Of a DNA stretch of 64,000 nucleotides, positions 13,429-29,161 are shown piece by piece; the stretch's first letter is position 1; every line of letters starts with the position of its first letter. Below the pieces are notes generated by a model that searched no databases, was not told the origin of the DNA, and saw only the letters and a list, made by a program, of their open reading frames with translations. Where the stretch lies: the NCBI GenBank assembly GCA_002269645.1, contig NIVC01000800.1, forward strand, positions 62,001-126,000, written 5' to 3'. The position numbers were made by a program, and so were the translations under genes. Source of the DNA: Macrostomum lignano. Lineage: Eukaryota.

Positions 13429-14290
13429 TCACAGCTTCATCCAGACCCAACCAGCCTTGTCGGCAACTACAGAAGGCACGGCCGTGAACTTCACCTGGTG
13501 GCAAAGCTGGTTGGAAAGTGCGAAGGCGCATGCCAGACAGTTGGGGCTGTCGTGGCAGGCGGCAACGCACTCGATGATGCTGTCCACCGCCCAGCTGCTG
13601 TGAGTGATGGAGTTTTCGGAAACTGAGATATTCGGCACCGAAGTGCTTGGTAGCTTCGTCATGGTCGGTCCGACTGCGACGGGTTAAACTGTTTGAAATA
13701 TATTTTTCTTAACTCAACGGTCAACTTGATAGAGCTATGTCAATCATGCCATCTCAACCATGTTGTTCGAACTTCGATGTTTTGTCAACCCGGTTCCAGA
13801 CATCTAGACAGTCATGTCAGGCATGATCTAGAAAATCATGTCAGGCATGATCTAAAGAATCATGTCAGTCGTAATCTAAACAATCCAGTCAGTCATAATC
13901 TAAACATTCCAGTCATGCATGATCTCTCACAGATACAAAATACAGCTTCCCTCACTGTATCCTCAGGTTCGCTCACTCGGTGCGTAGAAGATTTCGTAGA
14001 TGTAGTTTTTGGAATGGCCGCCGCAGACCTGCGAGGAGTTGCCGGTGCACTTGTGCGAGCATCAGCGTCATTTTGGTAGCGCTGTAAACAAACAGAGGCG
14101 CGACGCAGTACCTGGCGAAACGACCGATAGTGCGAATGCCTTGAAGTCCTCGTAAGTCTCGATTGCTGTTGTCGCCGTACTTGTAGCAGCCGATGTAGCG
14201 AAATTCATGCATCAGAGTTGGCAACGACAGCGCTGTCCAGCCTCCTAGCAACAGAAATTCTATGGCGAGGAGAGCTTCCATAGATGACAA
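13429..14290 (-). pseudogene. Secreted WSC-domain + PAN/apple-domain protein, 2 exons, with a frameshifting internal deletion in the WSC domain
   Basis: Exon 1 (14290-13977): hydrophobic leader and YIGCY...RDL..., then MTL joins out of frame to CSHKCTGNSSQVCGG. Exon 2 (13673-13429, phase-1 junction): ECVAACHDSPNCLACAFALSNQLCHQ, a PAN-type Cys pattern. Confidence 0.65.
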
Positions 14291-16919
14291 TCACTTTTTT
14301 CCCGACAGCTTCTGAGCTACGTCGATGCTTTGGGGGCAAGAGAAGTCTTTAGTCTGCAAGCAAGGCAATGTGTCATTGTCTTGTTTACGATTTGCATAAA
14401 TTTACAATTCAATAAATGCAACACCGTGCATCTTTTGTGCGGGAAAATCGGACATCCGTTCCTTACCGGGCGCCAGCTCATTTATAAGAAAAACGGGTGC
14501 AGCGTCCTTCGATATCAGTTTTCTACGAAAGATTAAACGCTTCCTATATGCATAAATATCTTAAATAAAATAGCAGCAATTGGCCCCTGGAAATAAAGTA
14601 CCATTAAAATGATTAAAATGATATATTTTTAAATAAACTCATGTCTGGTCTTGGAAGTTCACGGATTTTCGAGTAGCTTTGGCAACCTGCAGCAGACAGC
14701 TCAAGCGGTGTGCTTGACGAGATTTACGAGTTAAATATCTGTCCCAGAGAATTCCTGAAATTTCTAATTTAGCTTGTCAATAGTGTCGGAAAATGCGTTT
14801 CTATCTGCTTTATGCGACTATTTTGGTTGAACAAAGTCTCTGAAGGTTATCTAATATCCGTCTGAAATAACTTTTAAGGCTGACAAGGTCGATGGTCAGT
14901 AATTTATGGCTACTGGTTGAATAACCATGCATTGTAGGGTTTTCCCGCCAAGCAGGCTATCTTCTGCTGTCGCCAAGCGCACTCGTGCTTTAGAGCCTCA
15001 TTGTCTAGCAATTTGACGATACCGGCGCTCGCCAGACAATCGTTGTCACGCACTGGGACCGCTGATTATTTATCCATTAAAAGCAGCAGCCTATTTGCCG
15101 AATTGGTGCCAGCTTTTAATTAGGCTGCGGCAGTTGCATCCTGATTGGAAATTTGGCAGCTCATTGAAGCTTCATAACGGCTTGCAATACCAGAAGTCAG
15201 AATTTTTACAGCTCAATAGTATTGAGAACTGTGGGCGTCTCACTTATGTAACGAGCCACTGCTTGGTTGAACATTTTTATGTATTTATGGCTATTTTTTT
15301 AAACATTTCATGGACCCTACTTGGAGTAGTCAGGCGCTGAACTGCAGCAGTTGAATGACAATCCGTTATGCCAGCAGAATGGGCGGTTGTCTCCCGCTGC
15401 ATGCGCACTCCTCAAGGTTCGCCTCTTGACAAAGTGGTTTGGCCAAGAACATGGATCCACTGAGTTTGGTTCATCCGGTTTTTATCTGGCCAGAGTGTAA
15501 ATAATGGAGAGACTTTGCTGGATTTTACTTTGCACAACCCAGAATTTAATAAAAAATAAATGGGCAATCGTGTACTGTTACTGACAATCAGTAGTCACGT
15601 GTGTGTTATTACATGACAGAGATTCATTATAATGGCAATAAAATTTTCGCAAACTCATTCGAGAAAGTGTAAATCTAGCACACTTTTGGCACCGCGTTTG
15701 TGCACAATTTGTTTAAATCACGCAGCTTGTCAGAGCAGCAAGACTAACACATCACGCGAAAATATCACCGCGCATACTGAACAAGGCCAATGTGGGTTAC
15801 TAAAATTGAATAAAGTACTCGTATCTCTGCACATGCACAGGAAGTCAGCAATGCTGATACGATACGGTTTTAGTTTAATAATAGCAGATTTAAAACAAAA
15901 TATTGAATACTGAGGTTACTGAAGACTGTTGGCGTCAGATTCGCCATGGAACTGTGGGGTTTAAATACGCACGGACTTTGTCAAGCCCCCAGCCATCTCA
16001 GAAACGGCACTTGCATGTGGCGAATATGATCTGCTAAACAGGGACAATAAGATGAAAATATATATTAGTACATCTGAACTGCAGCTCAGGTTTTTACTGA
16101 GAAAAACGATCTGGCATGTGGAGAAAATGCCGCTTATATAAATATGAAGCTAATGTGCGCCCCATTTCTTTGGGCGCACAGACTTGCCGCAACAGCTAGT
16201 TATGGCCATCTGTGGACAAGAATCGAATGCAAGCTGCAGAATTTCTGTTACCCTCCGTGCAAGGAGAGATAGAATCAAGTTCAACTGCTGCCAGTGCAAA
16301 ACCAGCAAGTCAGTTTGGTGGATTGCAATGCATCATGTGGCGATGTTTCTGTGAAAAAAGAAAGCATTTTGCAATGCATTGGGGTGTCGTAAACGATGAC
16401 TGTGCGTGGGTAAGCAGATGCAATACAACTGTAGTTGTGATGTGTGACGGTTTTATATTGAAAAGACAAGCTATAGAGCATTAAAAAACCTTTAGAAGGG
16501 AGTTCTATCGTAAAAAACAAAGGCCTCAGGGATTTAAAACTAAATACTCATTTCGTGGCATGAGAGTGTAGAAGGAAGCAATTACGCATCAATTCAAACC
16601 AGTTTACTCAGAATATGAATTTACTGCGCTCTTCATCAAAACTATGTTAACTGCAAGCTCATACCGGACGATCCGCACTTTCTTTTGTTAAACTGCAATA
16701 AATTTAAATTTTCTTCAAAGTGGGACAAAAAACTACTTTTAAAATGTAACTAAATTTATATACAAGGAAGCGAGACTGTTCAAAGTTTGTCTAACAATGC
16801 ACCCTGCGGCGCGAATTTGAAATCGATTCAACCAACCGATAGTTGCAGGATTGCAACAGATGAATGGCTTTGTTCAGCAGAAATTCTAGGAATAACGACG
16901 GTCACCCAAGCGGTTGAGT

Positions 16920-19900
16920 TTAGTTCGGCGCCAGGTAGGAATCCATGCCAAGTTTAGACATCGTCGTGTTCGAGGACCTCGGCGGCGGCTGCGGCGGAGG
17001 CCCGGCCTGCTGCGAGCCAGCCGAGCTGTTTTTCCTAGAAAAGCTTCGCGAAATAGGCATCAGTTGCGTTTGCTCGGCCTGAGCTCGCCCGTAGGCTGAG
17101 TTGGCAAAGTTGCCGGTGGTTTGCTGGCTGACATCTAAGTTTGGTTCGTCTTCCACCTCCTCGTAGTAGGTGCTCTCAACTGGCTCGGTGCTGGGCTGCA
17201 TTAATTCCACGGGCTGCGGGCTGGCAAGCAAGTCGAATTGTTTCAGAGGAGAATAGTGCAACTGCAGCACCGCAAGCTGCCATTCCAATTATTATTTTAG
17301 GAGGCTTATGGGCACCCTGGCGCAAGAGCGTTGAGACACCTCTGCCCATTCCGTTGACTCCTGAGCACACACCAGCGCATGGACACTGTACGCAGTCACT
17401 CAATCACATACACGCTCACACAGCGTGTGCAGTGGTCTTGAATTTCTCATTGTCAGGGACAACACACTCTCTGTGCCTTGGGGGTTGGCCCTCGTGGATG
17501 TGAATCGAAACTTTAGGGTCGAGGTTATAGGCTTCATTTATAAAAGAATCGTCATGTCAACCATAAAATATTTATGGGGGATTGCTAAGATGTCAAGGTT
17601 CATGGGGGAGAATTGCTAAGATGTCAAGGCTCATGGTGGAATCGCTAAGATTTCAAAGCTCGTTGGGGGAATGGCTAAAGATGTCAAGGCTCATGGCGGT
17701 CAATCACTGAAACGCTTTGGCTCAAAGCATCTGTTGCTCAGATGCTTTAAGCCAAAGCTCATGGGGGATCTGATATCTTAGGCTATGATATGATAGGTGG
17801 CTTTCATGGCGGATGCTTTTTTGCTTCAAACATAATTTTTCTTAGGATATTAACAATAGCGACTTTTGAGTACAAGGTCGAAACGTACGAGTAATTTATT
17901 CAATAGCTTCTTTTTCTTTATTGTCTCCCAACGGGGGGGGGGCGCAGATGGCTAGTCCAATATACTAAACTCACGAGCTGGGCTGGTAGGCCACCCTGTT
18001 GACGCGCAGCTCCACTCTTGAAGAATGCTTCCGATGATAGACCATGATGCCAGCGACTATGGCGGTCAGGGAGCAGACAACGATCAACAGCACCGCCAGC
18101 AGCAGGATTGGCATCACGAGCTGTTAGTGAAAATCGGATAATTAAGTAGAAAAATTTGAGCGACGAATGAACGACAGACTGTCTGAACGACAGACTGTCT
18201 GAACGACAGACTGTCTGAACGACAGACAGTCTCGCTCTTCTTATGACATTATATAAAATACTTTATCCTCTACGATGTGCTTTTTCAAACTCTAAACTTA
18301 ATTCATTTGAGATTTAATGTTCAAATTTATCGCGGGAGGACTATAAAAGTTTCAACTTCAACAGGAAGTGAACTTCACTTTCTACCCCCACATGGCACTT
18401 TGGGCAGGTTCTGTTCTTGAAAGGGATCTTTTGATCTCGCAGTCCTCATTGTTTCGCAGGCTTCAGTTTATGGTTTGCTAATCAGTTCACAAAAACACCA
18501 AAATTTCACAAACCCGAAATTTAACAAAGTCGAAATATACTCTTAAATTTCAATGCTGTGAAATCTCGGGGTTGTGAAATTTCGGTATTATGCAATAGGT
18601 CGCGTGGATTTTTGAAAATATGAAATTTCAGGTTTGTAAAATTTTGGTGTTGTAAACTTCGGGTTTCTGAAAGCGCCCCGCAAATACATACAGACTTTCT
18701 TGGTTCAAGATACCACGCTAGACCTAAGGGCAGCAAGAACTTACTGTTTCATTCAATGGCTGCGGAGCGTCATGGCTTGCCGTGGTCAGCGCTCGAATTG
18801 CTGTTGGTGCCGGCGGCTGAAACTGGCACACAGCTCCTGAGAAGCCGCTCCTGCAGTCGCATCTGAAGCTGCCCACGGTGTTCACGCAGTCGCCATAGGA
18901 GCCGCAGAGACCTGCCACCAGGCGGCACTCGTCAACATCCTGGTCGCAGTGGTAGCCAGTGAATCCTTTGTCGCAGACGCACACCGATGAGCCGTTGCTG
19001 TTGAAAGTCTGGCAGCTGCCGTTGCGGCACCACGTGGCGTTGCGATGGCACGGGTGAGTCTCCAGCTGACAGTGAGGTCCGGTGAAGTTCATCGGGCACT
19101 GGCAAACCGGCCGTCCTTGCAGGTCCTCCGAGCAGCTGCCTCCGTTCTGGCAGAAGGCCTGTCCCTGCCGCAGACACTTGTGTGACGGAGCGCAGCTGCC
19201 GTTGAGAGCCGTGTAGCCGGTAGGGCAGATCGCAGAGCCGTTGGGGCTGCAGCCGAACCTGGACGGATCGCAGTGCACCGAACAGGCAGCTTGGTAGAAG
19301 TTCGGCCTGCACCCGATCCAGACAGCCAGTTTCAGGATGTGACCATTGCTAGAGATCTCCGTAAGGTGCGATGACCAGCGGCTGTTTGCTGAGTTGTTAG
19401 CAAAAAATGGGAGCTCTGCGGCGTTGTAGGAGCGGTGCAAGCTGCACATGAGCTCATGCTCTCCAGGGTCTTTGTCCTTGACAGTGACCGACACTTGGAC
19501 ATTGTCAGTGGGCTTCAGATCCGATCCGGTGAAGTGAAACTCCAGAGGGTTGATTAGCTGGCCGATGAAATCTCCGAAGTGAATCACTGTCGGGGCATTG
19601 TCGTAGTCAGACGAAACGAAGGTTGCCAGAATTTTCCTTGGCGTCGACACGGAGATGAGAAAGTACGGGTCGCAGTGGTCACTTCCAAAGAAGCTCCGGT
19701 CGCAGCTGCCTCGGTCTCTCTGTCGATACGAGTCGAATTTCACGTATACTGCTCCACTGATCGCTGAGGAATAACTCCTGACTACTCCTTGCAACTAAAA
19801 TAATTTTAATAAGGAAAATTATAGATGACATTTTTACAGTTTGCTGTTTTTGCTGCAATTTTTACAATTATTGCTCCTAAATTTATGCAAATTGAGCTAA

Positions 19901-19983
19901 CAAAACTATTAATATGAGTTAATTTAGTTGTTTCTTACCAGCATGCCGAATATAAGAAGCAGAAATACTTTTATTTCTTTCAT
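16920..19983 (-). CDS. Delta/Serrate-like single-pass membrane protein: signal peptide, N-terminal C2/MNNL-like domain, shortened DSL, 3 EGF repeats, TM, cytoplasmic tail
   Basis: Four GT-AG exons in consistent phase: 19983-19939 (MKEIKVFLLLIFGML), 19794-18745, 18120-17975 (TM LVMPILLLAVLLIVVCSLTAIVAGIMVY) and 17220-16920. CDPYF motif in the N-terminal domain, CRPNFYQAACSVHC DSL start, and a calcium-binding EGF (DVDEC...CVNTVGSFRCDC). Confidence 0.85.
17585..17700. repeat. ~30-bp short tandem repeat (GCTAAGATGTCAAGGCTCATGG...) in an intron
   Basis: Four diverged copies. Confidence 0.7.
18170..18230. repeat. 16-bp tandem repeat (GAACGACAGACTGTCT)n
   Basis: About 4 copies. Confidence 0.8.
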
Positions 19984-20791
19984 ATTATGTAATATTTATA
20001 TTAAATAATTGTTAAATATGCAATCTTTTCAAAAAACCTTGAACTCTTGTCGAAAAGCTGCCGCACTGGCCCCATGCGCAATATTTGATTTCAACTGCGT
20101 ACTTTCAGATTTCGGTGTAGTTAAAACAAAATAAATTGGATGAAGTAGCTATTATTTTATTTTTATTAGATATTCGGCAGTGGGTGAAATATGTTGTAGG
20201 ATTTTCGAGCATTTTAAGCCTAAAATTTCGAGTGTATTTTATAAAATTTTATTGAAAAATTATAATTGAAAGTATGTATAGTCAATTTATATAAATTAGC
20301 GTATGTATAATATGACTGTGTAAAATATAAAATAAATTCTATTTTTATAGTATGGCCCTAAGAGACATTTGTTTTTTAAATAACGGTTTGTTAAAAATTC
20401 CGAACTGACACCAGGAAGTATTCATTTTGTAAAAATACTAAATACTAAATACTAAAAAATAATTTTCGGCAGTCTTCGTAGATTTTTACATTAGCTATAT
20501 CGAAAATGATAGAATGATAGAAAATGAAAATGACAATTTTTCTTAACTATTCATCATTTATTTATTCTTTATTTCTAATTTCACTCCGATTTTACTTCTA
20601 CTGGATCAGAAACTTATACAGCGGAAATTTTTTTTTGTAAAGTCAGCGTCCTGGTGAAGCGCCAGCACTACATGAAGCTTTAGCTAAGTAGTTTTTTATC
20701 ATATGCAATAAAAAACAATCAGCCTGTCAACTATATGCATGCATTTGGGAAGGCCGCCTGCAGCAGTACTATCACATGCAGGTTCATGCAG

Positions 20792-22004
<1,213 letters not shown>

Positions 22005-22304
22005 TAATGAAAACATAAGCACCGAAAGTTTGCGGTCTCAAAGCTGTGTTTGAAATTCTGTGTCCAAAAATTCGAGTAATTGAGTGTCGAGTGCTTTGTT
22101 AAAATAAAAAAATGCACTAAAACAGAAATCGCTAGAAAATCCCTGCCCAAAAACAACACAGATGAAACTAATAAGCGAAGTACATTTAGCTGTTTCCGTA
22201 AGTGCAGTGTACGTGCCTAAATAAATTACACGTATATTAATGTGGGTTTGCAGACGAGCACGGATCCTGGCTGCATATCACGGCTTTACTCCGAAGTCCC
22301 GAGC

Positions 22305-25418
<3,114 letters not shown>

Positions 25419-25686
25419 GTTCCTTCTTTCAGTATAATAATTGTTCAAGTTCAACCATTTTCTATTTTGTTAAACACTCCGAATCCACGACTTGTGCCAA
25501 AGGATTTGGCCTTCAGTGTGAAATTTTTATAGTCTATGTTTATAAGGTCACCGATTTGAATTGGACATCTTGTTTTTCGTTTGAGTTATTGCTACTTCCG
25601 AATCAATCTGGCTATTGATCCATGCCGTTTCCTGTAAATCTATGCCGTCCCCTGTAAATCCATGCCGTTCCCTGCCATTCTATGCC

Positions 25687-26177
<491 letters not shown>

Positions 26178-26178
<1 letters not shown>

Positions 26179-28420
26179 GATGTAACCACGCTCTGGTCGC
26201 GGGATAGGGCATGGGAACTTTTTCGAAAGTGCCTCCTATCCCGTGCACCCTCTGCACAGAGCTGTCGAGACTCGGCCAGGTCTCCGACCGGGCCTGGAGA
26301 CTCCCGCTCTGCTGCACCCCTCCTGCTGCCTTGGTCCCGTCTCTCCTGCCGCCACACCTGCCTTTCCGGAGCCCCCTACCCCTTTCTGTACCTCCCCCTC
26401 TACCCTACCTCTTCTGTTTTCCGCCCTATTCTTCCTATACTTTCCCTATCTCCCCTCTTTTTGTCTCCCTCTGCACTCTTTTCCTGCGCTGCCCCCCCTT
26501 TCCCTGTGTCTACTTACAGTATGTTGTGTGCTCACCGTCTCCCCATCCCCTCCCAAACTCCCAAACGGTGACGCAAGCCGTGTGACCCCCCTCCCCCTCG
26601 GTGACTCATCGATGACTCATCCCCCTCTCTTGCGCAACCTTTTCTCACGCCATTGTTCTCCTCCCCAAATTTCTCATGCGACACCCACCCCACCTCCGCT
26701 TCTATTGTTCTCGTTTTTGATTCTTTTGTTCTCTCGACCCCCACCAATTATCACATTTTCTCCGATTTTCTCTTTCTTTTGTTCTCGTTTTCGCACCTAA
26801 TTATCACCTTTTCTCCAATGTTTACTTTTCCATTGTTCTCAGTTTTCCCCAATTATCCCCGATTTCCAATTCCTTTGTTCTCGACCCCAGCCCTATTGTT
26901 CTCAATGTTTGCTTGCGCAACACTTTCGCGACCTCCCGCTGCGCCAATTATCCCCCCACCCCACCTTCGGATTGCGCAATTCTCCCATTTCTCATGTTGC
27001 TATGCCGTTCTCATGCTTCTCATCATGACTCATTCTGACGTCATTCTGCCGGCAGCCAATCAGAGAGAGGGAGCCATGGTAACGACCTCGAGGAGGCGGC
27101 TGTGAGGTCTATAAAAGGAAGCGATTTCGGCATGGGAATCGTCGTTCATCGCATTCTACGCTTCAACTTCTGCCCACCTTCGGGCTCCTAGTCTTTCTTT
27201 AGACTTGCCGTCAGACTGAGTTCTGACCCATTCGTCTATTAGACGAATCCCTGCCGGTCCGCGGTCTGTTACCGTCAAGTTATCCTTAGCTCCCCAAGTG
27301 AGCTCGCCTATCGGCCAGCGGTCTGATACCGCCCAGCATCATCAGCATCGCCTGATCTACATCAGCGTCTCGTCGCTCCAGCGCATCGCCGCTTCACCGT
27401 CTGCCTGACTGCAGCCTACAGCCACCCTCGGTCACTCCGCCTCTCTCTCTCTCTCTCTCTGTGCAGCTGCCGGTAAGTTCCTGTTACTAATTTGTGCTCT
27501 AATTGCCTTTGCTTATCCGGGGTTTGACTATTTTCCATTGTCTGATTAGAGAGCTGAGCCAATTGTGATACCGTATCTTTTGCTGTATTTTACTCAATAG
27601 TCAAGCCGCCTAATTGCCTGATTATTCGCCTAAGGGCCTAATTATTAACTATTAACTAACTTCATCATTATTCAATCTTTCACCATCATTTAACTCATGG
27701 CTTGCTAAGCCTTTCTCCCGGGGTGGCAAAGCATAAGGAAGTTTGGGTAAGCTAATGGCCTCTCCCCGTGCAAAGCCCGCCTGTGAGTGCGTGCTGCGGG
27801 GCCGCGTGTGCGTGCAGTAGAGGGATTAGCGAGTCTTGGCACAGAATGGCAGTAGGAAGGTTGCAACCCCATGCTGACGCGTCCCTTCGCCCTGAGCAAT
27901 CTAAACTGTAGACAGTACATGTTCGCCTCATACTACTCTTAGTAATCAAAGTCGCAAGTCAGCCTCGCTCACAGCCACAAAGGATCCCCTGCTGAGAAAT
28001 CCTCCAGGATTGAGCCCAGAGTTCCCGATCATGCCCCAAGCAGAGTCCCTGTACTCGGCTGCATGCGTCTCCCCTGTTAGCCTAAATCCCCGGGTAACCA
28101 ATCCAGGCGGGGCTCTAGCCTCGAGAGGTCTGGTAGAAAGATCCAGGTGCGCCAGGTCACATAGAGTGGTGGCAGCCACTCGGTCATACCATAACCGAGT
28201 GACCAACTATTGCACCTTGGCTACAGGTGGGGTCCATGTGGGTCCTTGGCCCTCTGGTCACGAAGCGCTACCAAAAGCTACTAATCATGTGGGCGGGACA
28301 GTCTGGTGCTGGAGGTCCGTCAGGTCGTTGCCCGGTCATGGGCAGCCTACGGTCATTGCCCCCTCTAGTCATGCGTTCGTCTCTCTACGGAGCGGACAGG
28401 CGACAAGGGCGGTTACATCA
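26178..28420 (+). mobile_element. 2243-bp insertion in (TATC)n, probably a solo LTR (Ty3/Gypsy-like)
   Basis: Ends TGATGTAACC...GGTTACATCA (10-bp perfect inverted repeat, TG...CA), with TATC on both flanks. No long ORF. Internal promoter set: TGACTCA 27026, TGACGTCA 27036, CCAAT 27056, TATAAAA 27110. Confidence 0.62.
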
Positions 28421-28460
28421 TATCTATCTATGTATCTATCTATGTATCTATCTATCTATA

Positions 28461-28546
<86 letters not shown>
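28421..28546. repeat. (TATC)n microsatellite, right part
   Basis: Direct observation. Confidence 0.98.
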
Positions 28547-28999
28547 ACTAGTTGATCAAGAACACTCCTTTGCTAGAATGCAGCGGCCAGCGCCCTCCCA
28601 GTGTTGGAGGTGGCAACCAGTGGACTGAGCTAGCAGTTAAAACAAAACAGCTTTACTCGCTAGAGATCAATGCTTTTATTTGCTGAGTTGGCAAGCTCGG
28701 CTGAGGGGGTGTGAGTCGTCGAAGAGCGTTTCGGGACGGTACGCACATTGAGCACAGGGACAATGGCTTCACTTCAGAATTTGAATCGATGCCTTAAGGC
28801 GGAGGTTCCGACCTGGACGGAGCAGGAGGTGGCGCCACCACTTGCTGCTCACAGCCCGGTTTACGAGCCTCAGTGCTACGCTGGGAAACACCTGCTCCAA
28901 CTCTGCTAGCCACCAGGCCATTGCCCACGAAGTCACCCCAGCGAACTCTCTCCACCCCCCGCATGCGTTCGCGAGTCGCCATTGGAAGCGGAAGACGCT

Positions 29000-29012
29000 A
29001 TACTGCTATAAC
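29000..29012 (+). promoter_or_regulatory. Candidate TATA box of repeat-exon gene copy 1
   Basis: TATACTGCTATAA lies ~150 bp upstream of the ATG. Homology with copy 2 starts here. Confidence 0.45.
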
Positions 29013-29161
29013 TATGCTGCCGCCCCAGTCCGCGAGCTTCTCCAACTTTCCAACACACGCCCAGTTCGGAAACAGCTATAGAAAATATTGTAGCAGTTCG
29101 AGTTTTGTTGTTAAACAATCAACAACTGCAGGCTACTGTTTTGATTTGCTCAAGCAAGAGT

